NCBI RefSeq assembly: GCF_963506605.1
Contig: NC_083281.1
Span: 30,876,001-30,940,000 of the forward strand
Length of the DNA stretch: 64,000 nucleotides
DNA from: Zootoca vivipara
Lineage: Eukaryota
Reading direction: 5' to 3'
Shown here one piece after another: positions 11,748 to 23,882 of the stretch (the first letter of the stretch is position 1; each line of letters starts with the position of its first letter). The position numbers and the translations under genes are program-made. The notes under the pieces are model-generated. The model did not search any database and was not told the DNA's origin. It saw nothing but the letters and a program-made list of their open reading frames with translations.

Positions 11748-14700
11748 ACCATAGTCATTCCAAGAGGCAGCAGCATAAGCTGCGTGCAGCCAACACACTC
11801 CAGAGATGGATCTCACCCTCACTTCCTCCTTCTGTCTCCCAGAAAACCCTGCTTCCAAACTCCCTTTTCCTGTCCCCTCAAGCATATACCCCATCACCTT
11901 GGTAACATCTCACACACACACACACCCCAGGGTAAAGGATTCCTCTCCTCTGTGGCCCATCATTGTTCCTTTAATGGTCCTAGCTTGGCCACGCTGGTTT
12001 GTATAAGCCAGCCCTGGAATTCCCTATCTGGCACAGTTCTGCACTTTAATCCATGTCCTGATAAATGAAAATCCTAACGTTTATTAATTTTACCTACATC
12101 TATTCCACCACACACACATAGACTTGAAAGTACTACCAAATGTGTGCCTCCTTAACAGAAAGTGAATTACACCAAGTTCCTTAAGGAACTTTATCTCCGA
12201 AAAGGTTCCGGGTTCAATGCCAGGCATCTCTAGGGCAGCTCAGGGAGGGACCCCTGTCTGAAGCCTTGAAGAACTGCAACCCATCAGCCTAGACCAGCTG
12301 TCCCCAACCTGGTGCCCTCCAAATGCTGTTGGACTCCAACACCAATCACCCCAGCTAGCATGCCCAGCGGTCAGGGGTGATGAGAGCAGGAGTTCCACAA
12401 CATTTGGAGAGCAACAGGCTGGGTGACCTAATCAAGCTGGATGGCGTGATGGTCTGGCTTGCTATAAAGCCAGTTTCCGCTACTCCTACAAGTAAAGATT
12501 CAAATAGGCCTTCTCCTGAGTAGCTCTAGAACGCAGCCTCAAACATTTTACTAAGAAGTTGCTGCATTCACATAGATAATCTGAATTGGCCAAATATCAG
12601 CTAGATTGACAGCCACTTGAGATTGAAAGGCCCGGGTGTGTGTGTGAAAATTAGTTACACACCACAGCTCATTCGGTTCAATATTTTGGCCTATTTAAAC
12701 TAACCAATTTTTTTTACAAGTTTCCTGTGGTTTTATCTGTTTGTTTGCTTGTTTCCAATTTGGCTGCTGAATAACACTGGTTCATTGTTATTCTTCTGCA
12801 TAAACTGGTCCTATTTACCGTAGGTTTTTCACCCAATCAATCAACTCCCTGGAGCACACTTTGTTTACAGATGAGGCATGTGCGTGTCCTAGCGGGCATC
12901 AAGAAATGAGGCATACCCTGCTGCCCAAAACTGTTGGCAGAAAACTTTTTAACACTGTTTTGAAGATCTGCTGGCTGGGGAGCTGTTAGATCCATTGTTT
13001 AGCTGTTTGTTTGCTTTTTTAAAAAAAAAGATTGTAAAACGGCAAAAGTTTGCAAACTAATCAGACGAAACTTTTTTCTTCATGTTGGAACTATGACTAT
13101 ATATCACTGCAGTGTGGGAGAATCTGAGGAGTTTCCTCAAACTTCATCTTGCGACCAAGGGAAAATGAAGAACAGATGCTGCCTGTGTTAGGTTCTGAGG
13201 GGGTTTAATCTTTCCCAGAAAGCCTGTTGATTTTGATTTCAGACAATGAGGGGGGCAAAGCACAGGGAGGTGAACTGAAGTGGCAGCGAAGGTGATACAA
13301 GGTGGAAGAAAGTGAGCAGACCAAAGGGGAATGTGAGAGGGAGGCAGAAAGGCAACACCGGCAGATAAAAGAAAGCAGGTGAGAAGAAAGGGTAGAAATG
13401 TTCGAGATGGTAAGGAGAAGGTGGGAAAAGGCATGAGAAGAGAGAAAAGGGCAACATAGCCGGGGGCAGAAAGGATTGTGGGAAAAGGTGAGAAAGTGGC
13501 AGCAGGTAAAGGACTGAGGGAGTGTAGACGAGACAGAGAGAAGGTGAAAGGCAAGAGGATAAAAAACAAAGGCAAGACACGTAATGGAGGACAAAAAGCG
13601 AAAGAACGTTGGAGGGGAAAAGGGGAGTTGCTGGTGACACAGAAAGAACAGAGGCTGTGAAAGTTGTGGATAGATGAGGCAGTCCAAGTTGTTTTGCCAC
13701 TGCAGGCAAAACTCCCCACCGCCCCAGAACAGATCTGGGGGCTCCCCCCATGCAGTCATGCCCACACTGCTACCAGCCCCACCCCTGAGGCTACATCCTC
13801 ACCTGTGGCTGCACCTATGTTGCCGCCTTAGCGTAATGGTGAGGGCGCAGTGGTGAGGACAAGGGTGCTGTGGTGGCAGCAGAAGTGGCATGGGCGAGCC
13901 GCCGCAGGGCTAGCAGCAGCACCATGGTAGGGTCAGGGAAGGTGGTTGGATCTGCCTCCCAAGGCAAGTGGCTTCGCCTTGCGATGTAAAGGCTTCTTTG
14001 CTGACAAAACATGAGCCCCAGTGGTGATGTTGCCTTCCCCTCTTCCTCAACAGCAACCACAAGCTTCGTTGGAGAGAAGCAGCAAAAAAACCCCACCCAG
14101 AATCCAAAGAGGACACAGCTACTAAAAGGGCTCAAAAGTCTGACCAACAATACAGGAAATATTGGTTCACTTGTATTGGGGGAGGGGGAATAGTATGCCA
14201 GCACGTAATATGTGGTGAGATGCTATCACGCAGTAAATCAAAAGTGAAAATGTGGAAGTGGGCTCCAAGTTCCTGGGTGGGGGTTTGAGATGGGTCTTAG
14301 GTCTAGACTAGCTGAAGACCACTGGTGTGCACCAACTGGCAGCAGATCTCCAGGATTTCCGACAGGTTTTTTCCCCTGCCAGAACCAGCTGCAGATGCTG
14401 GGGATTGAACCTGGGACCTTTGCATGCAAGGCAGATGCTCTACCACTACGCTACTATTGCCCTTCCCCACTTGCAGCATCATTAATCTTTATCAAGCCCA
14501 CCACTTTTTTTTTTGTCAATGCCATTCCTTGCATTGGGAACACTTTTTATCAAAAGGATGCTTATAAATTTTCCCAAAAAAAGAGAAAATAAAAATTATG
14601 GGTGCCACTAAAGAGATGGATTTTCTACATTTTTTATTTTAGATTGTGGGTAAATTTAAGCATGCAACAAACTCGGTTGGCTTCAAAGGAAATTTTCTGT

Positions 14701-15887
14701 GGCCACCAGGCTAATCTTCCTCAACATGTAATCAGCATCAATCACAAGCTTGTATCTGAAGCTACAAAAGTTGCTGTTTGTTAATGAAAAATTTAATGAT
14801 AATAGCAGCAGCAGTAGCCATTGTGTACATGGGGCCTAACAGAGTGGCATGGGCAACATAGAAAGATCTCTGCTCCCTAAGAACTTACAAACCAGCCTCT
14901 ACTGCATGTATACATACACCCAAAGAACTACAAAAATGCAATAGGTTTCACACTGCAATTACTGTCACTACGGTACCAATAAAATCTGATCCATGTAGTT
15001 CCAAGGACCACCAGTAGTTGATGAGCTTCATTCAGGTGGTCCATGTCAAGTGTATGGATTTGTGGCAGAAGACAGGAGACTGCAACATCCATCACACAAT
15101 CCATCCTATAAATTTTGCATTGTATTTTTATTGCTTCTTTCATTTCTTGTATTGCTCTTCACTGTATTACAATTCAGACTGTAATACACAACACATAAGA
15201 AATAAAAGCAACAATAAATATCAATTTTTAAAAAAATCATACAGCATTTAACACAGTGGATTAAGTGGTCTGCCAAGACCCTCAGCAATTTCCAAGTGGG
15301 CCATGGAGAAGAAAGATTGAGAACTACCTGTTCTGATTTTAACAAGATCAGATTCCTGGCAACAGTAAAAATTCTTCCATTTAGGAAGAACGTCAACTTA
15401 TTTTGAGTAACCTGTGAGTTAAATGCTTCTCAAATATTGATGCTAAAAGCACAATCCTGTATATGTCTACTCAAAAGTAGGTGCACTGAATTCAATTAGG
15501 CCTAACTCCACATAAGTAGGGAGGCGTTGTTGTTCTTGGTTGTTACTATGTTATGTATTTTGGTGTTTTTATATTGCAAACCACCCTTGATCCTCAGATG
15601 AAGAGCGGTACACAATTTTAATTAATAATAATAATGTATAGAATTTCAGCCCAAATGTGCAAACACACACACAAGCAACCCTGTCTAATTGTTATATTAT
15701 GATTGCTCCCTCCCAGCAACACCCCCGGTTTTACCTTCCTGGGCGTGGGTGGGCCAAAACAAAACAGCAAGATTGCAGGCAGGTGCGCACATACACACAA
15801 ACTGCATCACCAGAGATCAATTATTACATAAATGTTGTTCCTGGAGGAGGAAGCTATCCAGCCTTGCGAGAGTGCAAGATGCAAAAC

Positions 15888-16024
15888 CAGGCATCCCCAA
15901 ACTGCGGCCCTCCAGATGTTTTTGGCCTACAACTCCCATGATCCCTAGCTAACAGGACCAGTGGTCAGGGATGATGGGAATTGTAGTCCAAAACATCTGG
16001 AGGGCCGAAGTTCGGGGATGCCTG
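15888..16024. mobile_element. ~136-bp hAT-type MITE
   Basis: TIRs CAGGCATCCCC / GGGGATGCCTG; perfect TSD TGCAAAAC. Confidence 0.8.
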
Positions 16025-16070
16025 TGCAAAACCTTTCACATGCACCAATCTTTCAAGCTTGCATTTAAAC

Positions 16071-16202
16071 TAAGGTTACCAGGTTTTTTTCAATGAATCT
16101 GAGGATACTTTTCAACTTCAGTTGAAGGGGATGGATTTTGTCAGGGGACTGATTTGTAAATCTAGGGACTGCCCGGGGAAACGGGGACATCTGGTAACCT
16201 TA
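16071..16202. mobile_element. hAT-type MITE
   Basis: TIRs TAAGGTTACCAG / CTGGTAACCTTA; TSD ATTTAAAC. Confidence 0.75.
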
Positions 16203-16871
16203 ATTTAAACCCCTAACTGCAACAAGGGAGCAAAAAGATTTTTCATTATCATCCGTGTCATTTTTCTCCTCCTCTCTTTAGAGTGCAGGTGGAGGACCTA
16301 CAGCCTTCCAGATGTTGGTGGACTCCATCTGCCATCAGCCCAAGGCAGGAGAAGGGCTACATCTCTAGAGCAAAGAAGTTGCCCTGCTTACAGAAGGTCC
16401 CAGGTTCAATTTCCCCAGCATCTCCTAACAGACCTTGGAACATCCCTCTGCCTGAAACCCTGGACAGCCTCTGCCAGTCAGTGTAGCCAATATCAAGCTA
16501 GATGGATTAATGGTTTGACTCAGTGTAAGGTGCTTGCTATGTCCCAATGGCCAAGGATAATGGGAGTTCTAGCCCAGAAGGCACAAGGAGGGACACAGGT
16601 TCCACACCTCTGCTTTCGATGGACCTGATGCAGAAAGGTCCCCAAATAGTTTAAGGTGAAGCTCGGCTCTTAAAGCTTGAAGACTTTACTTCAAAATCCA
16701 CACCACTCATATGGATAAAGGAAACAAACAACTTCCTTTACATTTGATGGCATGTTCTCTTTCTGCACATTTATTTTACAGCATTGACAACATGACACCC
16801 CATAACATAATGCAGCTTACATGAAATAATTCTAAGAGCAAATTCATATACACAATAACACAGAAAACCAT

Positions 16872-17145
16872 TTGCAGTCGTTTTCGGTCATCAACAGCTA
16901 TCAGTCAGTCAATCACCCACTTCCACCACCCTTCTGAGTGATCCCCCCTCCCCTCCCCATCCCCACCCCCTCCCCACCCCTTCTCTACATAAGTGCCTGG
17001 GGACTCCTATTTCACTGTATCTGAAGAAGTGTGCATGCACACGAAAGCTCATACCAAAATAAAAACTTAGTTGGTCTTTAAGGTGCTACTGAAGGAATTT
17101 CTTTATTTTACTTCGACCCAGACCAACACGGCTACCTACCTGTAA
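16872..17145 (+). mobile_element. Penelope-like element terminal fragment carrying a hammerhead motif
   Basis: CTGAAGAAGTGTGCATGCACACGAAAGCTCATACC...GGTCTTTAAGGTGCTAC, typical of reptile Penelope-like termini; flanked by ACAGA(A/G)AACCAT near-direct repeats. Confidence 0.65.
17017..17054 (+). ncRNA. Minimal type I hammerhead ribozyme-like motif
   Basis: GUAU-CUGAAGA-A-[GUGUGCAUGCACAC]-GAAAGCUC-AUAC: core boxes, stem II, stem I pairing GUAU/AUAC and a UC cleavage site. Confidence 0.55.
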
Positions 17146-17649
17146 CAGAGAACCATAACATCAAAAGCAACTTAAGTGTCTGTCTGTCTTCTTTTTTTTT
17201 TAAAAAAAAAGCAAACACAAGAATAAGAAAGACAGGAAACTGGTGGTATGTGCAACTAGTCGCAGTAGTCAAGCCACAACTTGCATGTGGTTCTTCAGCT
17301 ATCAGGTAAGGAACATAAGAAGACTGTTGGATCCTGCCAGTGACCCATCTTGTCCAGCATCCTGTTCTCAACCAGATGCCTATGGGAAACCTCCAATCAG
17401 GATTTGAGAACAAGACCACTCTCCCCTCCTGTGGTTTTAGTATTCAGAAGTATTACTGCCTTCAACTGTGAAGGCAGAGCATAGACATTGTGGCTAGTAG
17501 CCATCAATAATAGTCTTCTCCACAAATTTGCCCAGTCTTCTTTGAATGCCATCTAGGTTGGTAACCACTGCTGCCTTTGGGATCGCTGGAAGAAATTAAA
17601 CTTCGGGCAGCAATTCTAACCCCCATTTACCTGGCAGTAAGCCCCACTG

Positions 17650-18358
17650 AACTTTCTTGGGCTCCTTGAACACTGCAGATGGTGACAGCAGTCACGAAAT
17701 TAAAAGACGCCTGCTTCTTGGGAGAAAAGCAATGACAAACCTAGACAGCATCTTAAAAAGCAGAGACATCACCTTGCTGACAAAGGTCCGTATAGTTAAA
17801 GCTATGGTTTTCCCAGTAGTGATGTATGGAAGTGAGAGCTGGACCATCAAGAAGGCTGATCGCCGAAGAATTGATGCTTTTGAATTATGGTGCTGGAAGA
17901 GACTCTTGAGAGTCCCATGGACTGCAAGAAGATCAAACCTATCCATTCTGAAGGAAGTCAGCCCTGAGTGCTCACTGGGAGGACAGATCCTGAAGCTGAG
18001 GATCCAATACTTTGGGCCACCTCATGAGAAGAGAAGACTCCCTGGAAAAGACCCTGATGTTGGGAAATATTGAGGGCACTAGGAGAAGGGGACGACAGAG
18101 AATGAGATGAAGTAAAATAAAAAAATTCCTTCAGTAGCACCTTAAAGACCAACTAAGTTTTTATTTTGGTATGAGCTTTCGTGTGCATGCACACTTCTTC
18201 AGAGAATGAGATGGTTAGACAGTGTTCTCGAAGCTACGAACATGAGTTTGACCAAACTGCGGGAGGCAGTGGAAGACAGGAGTGCCTGGCGTGCTATGGT
18301 CCATGGGGTCACCAAGAGTCGGACACGACTAAACAACTAAACAACAACAACAACAACA
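17650..18358 (+). mobile_element. Bov-B (RTE) LINE 3' fragment, interrupted at 18110-18199
   Basis: ORF ...EIKRRLLLGRKAMTNLDSILKSRDITLLTKVRIVKAMVFPVVMYGSESWTIKKADRRRIDAFELWCW...; (CAA)n tail. Confidence 0.88.
18110..18199 (-). mobile_element. Short Penelope-like insertion inside Bov-B
   Basis: Reverse complement of ~17024-17113; flanked by the 14-bp duplication CAGAGAATGAGATG (18096-18109, 18200-18213). Confidence 0.75.
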
Positions 18359-19279
18359 AGCCCCACTGAATTCAACAGGACTTCTATCCGAGGAAACATG
18401 CTTAGGGGCGGCTGTGATCCTCTCGCTGCTTGCTCTTGAGCAAGCCCCATTGAATTCTACAAAGTTTACTCCCAGCCAGAGAGGCATGTGTTTATTTCTG
18501 ATGGCTGCTAAAAACATGATACTGTAGTTTAGACCAGCTTGCGCAGATGCTTAGAAAGTTGAGGCAATTTTAATCTCTTTTAGCAATTTAACTTTCGTGG
18601 GCTTTTAAGTGCAACTGTACATTTTTCCTCGATTCCCTTGTTTTACTTGTTTGTAAACCACTTAAAGGTTTTATTTTCTTTCTTTTCCCAACCAAGCGGT
18701 GCACAAATTTTATGAAAGAAACGAACAGGATTGCACTACTTGAGTATGCCCAGGATTTCAAAAGACCTGCCGGTCCTTTGAGCAAACGCTTTCCAAGAGG
18801 AAGTAAAGACAGGAGCGTGATCGTCAGTCTGTAATGGCAGAGTTATGGTTCTCATCAGAATAATAAAGAAATAGAATGACAATAAATATATACGGTACTA
18901 TAAAATCCACAATGTGGGGAGTGGGGACGGAAGAGGCAGGCAATGCGTAAAAGGGAGCGCGATTTTTTTTAAAATAATAAAAAAAGGCGAACAAAGAAAG
19001 GCTTGCCCAGTTGAGCGAGGAGGAGACGCTGAACAAAATGGGACTTGTGTCTCCGAAGGAAAGCAGAGCTGGGCTGTCAACCCCCAATCCGGCTCCGGCT
19101 CAGCCCTTGTTCCTCTCAAAGCAGCCATCGAAGCAGAAATAAGAGGCGAAGGCACGCCTGACGACCCCAACCCAAGAGCCCCGGGAACGATTAGTTTCCC
19201 CACCCCACCCCTCTAAGAATTTTTCTTCTTCTTTTCTTATAAATCTATATACTGTATTTAAAGAAGTTGCAAAAGGCAC

Positions 19280-19950
19280 TCACGCAGCTCAGCAAAGAGC
19301 AGACCCCGAGGCACGCTCCCATGACGCAGCTGGCCCCCGAAACACAACTCCGTCCGGCGCAGATCCCGACAAAGTTGCCTCCTCCGCTCGACCTCCACGG
19401 ACTACCTGCCGAAGCCGCTCGGGGTTCCTCGGCACGTTCCGACTCTTTCCCACCTCTTCGGCTCTTTCCGCCCACGCTCGGGAACGCCTCGTCGTAGCCG
19501 CGCCCCTTCCCTCCCTCCTGAGTCGGTGGGGCGGGGCTTGGCAGTCGCCGAGCGCACCTGAGACGGGCCAGACGTCGGGCAGCAGGAGGAGGAGCCTCGC
19601 AGTGGCGGCAGGTGCGTCGAAGCGCCGGGGTGGAAGGGAAAGAGGCTGTCGGCCTTTGGAGCAGCAGCGCTGCGCTACGTCGCGCACGGGGTGATTCTTC
19701 ACAATGCTCGGAATAGGGATCTGCCCAGCCCTGAGAGGAGCAGCTGACCCTACTCAGCTGGGGTGGTGACGTCATTGCTGTCGCCTTGTGGTCGAGGTGG
19801 CTGGATCCGTATGACGTCATCTTACAAGGTGTGCCGCTTGTCCCCCAGCCACGTGCAGCCCAACAGCCGACACCCGGCGAGGTCTTTTCCCTATTCCTTC
19901 TAGGGCTTACCCCTTGATTCGCGAAGTCCACGTTGACGAGGCTGCATCGA
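19280..19950. promoter_or_regulatory. CpG-island promoter of SERINC2 (possibly bidirectional) with GC box, two full CREs and an E-box
   Basis: High GC and CpG density. GGGGCGGGG at ~19528, TGACGTCA at 19767-19774 and 19812-19819, CACGTG at 19850-19855. Confidence 0.75.
19284..19322 (-). CDS. SERINC2: SERINC2 coding exon 1 (start codon)
   Basis: ATG at 19322; 39 nt encoding MGACLGVCSLLSC, followed by a GTGAGT donor. Matches the recalled SERINC2 N-terminus MGACLGACSLLSC and lies in a CpG island. Confidence 0.93.
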
Positions 19951-20693
19951 TGGATTTTATTTTATTGCGTGTTTATGTTCGTCGTCGTTTAGTCGTTTAG
20001 TCGTGTCCGACTCTTCGTGACCCCATGGACCATAGCATAGATAAAGTCTCTGTATAGACATGCATATACTGTATTATTAATAACCGAAGAACATAGGAAG
20101 CAGCCTTATATATGGGTGTGGGCGTGAACATCAAGTAAATAAATAAAAATACTTAACTGAAAGTAGAAATTATAGAAAGATTTTTGACATGTTTTTCTTG
20201 GGGTCAAAAGAAAGCAATTTAAAATGTTGTTGAGACATTTCATTCTGAATCAGGACGATGACAGGTGGGTTTCCTGCCCCACACCCACACCCACACCCCC
20301 GCAATATGAATCCTAGCTGTGCCCATAAGTTGAGGGTGCAGGTGTTCGTTCAAAAGTACCACTTCTTCTTAGATGGCACTTCTCTCTGCAGTTTTTTTTT
20401 TAAAAAAAAATATGTCCCCCCCTCTTTTTTAACCATTCCAGAAAACTTTAAAAGCCCAGCTAACAGGAGGCACCTTGTCAGTTGGTCAGTACGTTAATCT
20501 GGATGCCATATTTGGGCATCGCTCCAAGCTTGTGGTTTTATATCCATAGGATGGGATTCTGGAGAGAGGGAGGGAGACAAGTGGTCCATCCAGTCGCTAG
20601 CCAAGTGTTAAGTATCCCTTTGCATGAGTACAGGGGATGGTTGCCACAGAAATTACGAGCTAGAGGTGCTCCAGGAAGGTGGGCTAAAGGGGG

Positions 20694-20902
20694 CAGGAAG
20701 TTCCACCTAAAGATTAGGAAGAACTTCCTGACAGTAAGAGCTGTTGAATTTGCTGCCAAGGAGTGTGGTGGAGTCTCCTTCTTTGGAGGTCTTTAAGCAG
20801 AGGCTTGACAGCCATCTGTCAGGAATGCTTTGATGGTGTTTCCTGCTTGGCAGGGGGTTGGACTGGATGGCCCTTGTGGTCTCTTCCAACTCTATGATTC
20901 TA
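20694..20902 (+). mobile_element. CR1 LINE 3' fragment
   Basis: ORF end reads FHLKIRKNFLTVRAV; 3' end TTCCAACTCTATGATTCT. Confidence 0.75.
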
Positions 20903-21374
20903 AGTAGAGAACAATAGACCTGTGGTGAGTCTTGTCCTGAACTGGGAAGAGACTGAGAAGCATGACTTGCTTTCTGTGCTGGATCCAAAGATATGGCTTG
21001 CAGTGGGGAGAGTGGATGCCCTGAGTCCTTCCATCTCCTGTTCAGCCTGTATATGGCATGGCATGGAGAACACAGCTAGATAAAAGTTTTATACTCCTCG
21101 AATAACACTAGACTTCATAGACATCCAAGGGGGCTGAATGTTGGAAGATGCGGGACAGATAAAATCAAGTACCTTCTGCGGAGCATAGTTAAATGATGGC
21201 ACTCACTCCCACCAACTTGGGTCACTTTAAAAGAGCACTAGACAATTCAATGAGGATAAGGCTATCAATGGATACCTGCTGCTATGGCCATATTCCACCT
21301 ACACTGTAAGAGGCAGCATGACGCTTAATACCAGTTGCTGAGAATCACAGGTGGGCAGTGCTGTTGAGCTCAGG

Positions 21375-21594
21375 CAGTGGCGGAGCTTCGTGCTCTGGCA
21401 CTGGGGGACGGAGAGCAGGAGGGGGCATGGCTGGCATGCATCCCGGGGGCGTGGCATGTGTCCTGGGGGCGTGGTGCACCGCCTGCGGAGGCATGACGCC
21501 CAGCGCAGGCAGGGGGGCAGCCGCAATGGCACCCCACTGGGATCGCGCTGCTGGGGGCGGTGCACTCCCCCCGCCCCCTCTTCCTCCGCCAGTG
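21375..21594. mobile_element. GC-rich hAT-type MITE
   Basis: TIRs CAGTGGCGGAG / CTCCGCCAGTG; perfect TSD AGCTCAGG. Confidence 0.75.
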
Positions 21595-21710
21595 AGCTCA
21601 GGCCCTGCTTATGTGCTTCCCATAGGTTGTCCGCAGTGAGAACAGGATGCTGGAATAGGTGGACCATTGGCCGGATCCAGCAGGCTGCTTTTATGTTTTC
21701 ATGTTCTCAG

Positions 21711-21960
21711 TGGATAGCTCAGTTGGTTAGAGCATGGTGCTGATAATGCCAAGGTTGCAGGTTCAATACCCATATGGGACAGCTGCATATTCCTGCATTA
21801 CAGTGGTACCTCTAGCTGCGGACACGATCCGTTCCGGGGTGCCGTTCGCAACCCGAAAAGCCACAACGTGAAGCAAACGCAACAAGAGGTATGACTGTAC
21901 AGTATAGGGAGTTGGACTAGGTGATCCTCAGGGTCCCTCCCCACTCTACAATCTATGATT
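21711..21960 (+). mobile_element. tRNA-Ile-derived SINE with CR1-like tail, interrupted by a Tc1/mariner MITE (21801-21897)
   Basis: Head TAGCTCAGTTGGTTAGAGCATGGTGCTGATAATGCCAAGGTTGCAGGTTCAA; tail ...ACTCTACAATCTATGATT; inner TA-flanked CAGTGGTACCTC...GAGGTATGACTG. Confidence 0.7.
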
Positions 21961-23531
21961 CATTGTTGATCTTCCATAACTCAGCATGGAGGAGGATAGG
22001 CAGGAGACTAGGATTGGTTGGCTCTGCCCGTCATTGGCTCTGACTCCACCTACTGTTGAACTCTTTGCCTTCTGCCCTACCAGCCACAATAGGCACCAAC
22101 CACCACTGCACTAAACTGGTTGCAGAGCCATGGGATTAGGCGCTTATGGTACTTTTTATTGCGTTCCCCACCCCCACCCCACCCACCCAGTGTCTTGTAA
22201 TAAAGAAGAAGGCTTACAGCATTGAACTGGAATAGATCTGGCAGTAACCAAATGAAAGGCAGAATCTCAGGCCGGGTAGGCTGAGAGAGAAAAGAGAGTT
22301 TAAGTCAATGTGAGATGTAAAACAAAAGCATAGAAAAGGGAGGCCAATGACTCTGATGGTGGTCCTCATCTTGCCTCCTGTACAGAGTTGTACCACCACC
22401 TCTCATCACGTCCCAAAGGGAGATTGTTCCAGTGTTGATCCAACACAGCCCCCAAACAGCCAAGCTGCTAAGTGAATTCTGCTTAGCTGCTGGGGTCTAT
22501 ATTTAGATCCCTGTGAAAGGGGTTAGCGAGTTGCCTGGAGCCAGCAAAGCATCTAAGGATGTCAGTGTAACAGCAGTTAGGGATGAAAAATAACCAGGAG
22601 CTTTAAGTAAATCCTTTGGACTGAGCAGGGCTGGGGGAGGGAGCAGGAGAGAGAGTGAAAGCAGCCTCTGATTACAGATGGGAACTTTGCTGGAGCTTTG
22701 CCTGCAAATTGGCACCTCCTCTGTGCTGGAAAAGAGGGCAGTGAGCCACATAATTTCATGGCTAGATCTGTGGGTGGTGGGTGCTGGCAGATGGGGGGGA
22801 TGGACATTGTGCAGAAAGAGAGCTCCAGCAAGCCCCCATCATGTTACCCCGCTCAGTTGCACAGTTTTCTCTTTACATCAAATTTTATATGGCTTTTATC
22901 TTTGTTGTATGGCTGACTTTGATGCCGACTGCTTAGAGATAATTGTGATTAAGTGGCATGTGCATTGCCTAAATAAATAAAACAGCTGAAAGTGCTAAGA
23001 TTGGTTGGTACTGCCTGTCATTGGCTCTGACTCCTTCTATTGTTGGTCTTTCTGCCTTCTGCCCTACAAGTCCCAAAGGGCACCAACCACAACTGCTCAA
23101 ACTGAACCCCACTATTACAGTCATCAAGAAAAAAGAATGCTCTCCAGGTCTTAGGCTGTGATTACCAGTGGGATAGCTACTGTGATCTAGCCTTGAGGCA
23201 TGGACTACAGAGACCTAGATTCAGATTCCCATTAGGCACCGAAGGTCACTATATGTCTGGCCTGTGTGTTGTCAGGCAAGGAATGTCCAGAGTGAGGACA
23301 TTGACAAAAGCACACTTGTGTTAAGCTATGGAAAGTCATGCCCACCAATCCAATGTCTCCTCCTGCACCTGTTCTCTCCAGTCCTGCCTCTGACTCTCGT
23401 CTCCTTGCAGTTACAGATCACTGATCCCTTCTTCTTCCAAGACAGTCTTCAACCCCATTTCTCCCAGTGCCCACACATCAGTATCCAGCCACCACTGCTC
23501 AGTGTCCAGTCAGTCCCTGACACTATCCTTA

Positions 23532-23882
23532 AAGGTAAAGGGACCCCTGACCATTAGGTCCAGTTGTGACCGACTCTGGGGTTGCGCGCTCATCTCGCAT
23601 TATTGGCCGAGGGAGCCAGCGTATAGCTTCCAGGTCATGTGGCCAGCATGACAAAGCCGCTTCTGGCAAACCAGAGCAGCACATGGAAACGCCGTTTACC
23701 TTCCCACTGTAGCGGTTCCTATTTATCTACTTGCATTTTGACGTGCTTTCGAACTGCTAGGTTGGCAGGAGCTGGGACCAAGCAACAGGAGCTCACCCCG
23801 TCACAGGGATTCGAACCGCCGACCTTCTGATCAGCAAGCCCTAGGCTCAGTGGTTTAACCACAGCGCCACCTGGGTCCCTTA
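23532..23882 (-). mobile_element. Sauria SINE, full length
   Basis: Same family as the 5843 copy; TSD ACACTATCCTTA at 23520-23531 and 23883-23894. Confidence 0.88.

Noticed and set aside
13144-13765. Three overlapping 170-191 aa ORFs on the - strand
   Set aside because: They are explained by A-poor composition suppressing stop codons; low-complexity F/L/S/P products with no recognisable domain.
19245-19931. 228-aa ORF that would N-terminally extend SERINC2
   Set aside because: CpG islands are stop-poor, the ORF starts at a non-ATG codon, and the conserved SERINC start MG (a myristoylation-type N-terminus) is at 19322.
21711-21781. Possible tRNA-Ile gene
   Set aside because: The acceptor and T arms are degenerate, and the sequence continues into a SINE body with a CR1-like tail; it is a SINE head.
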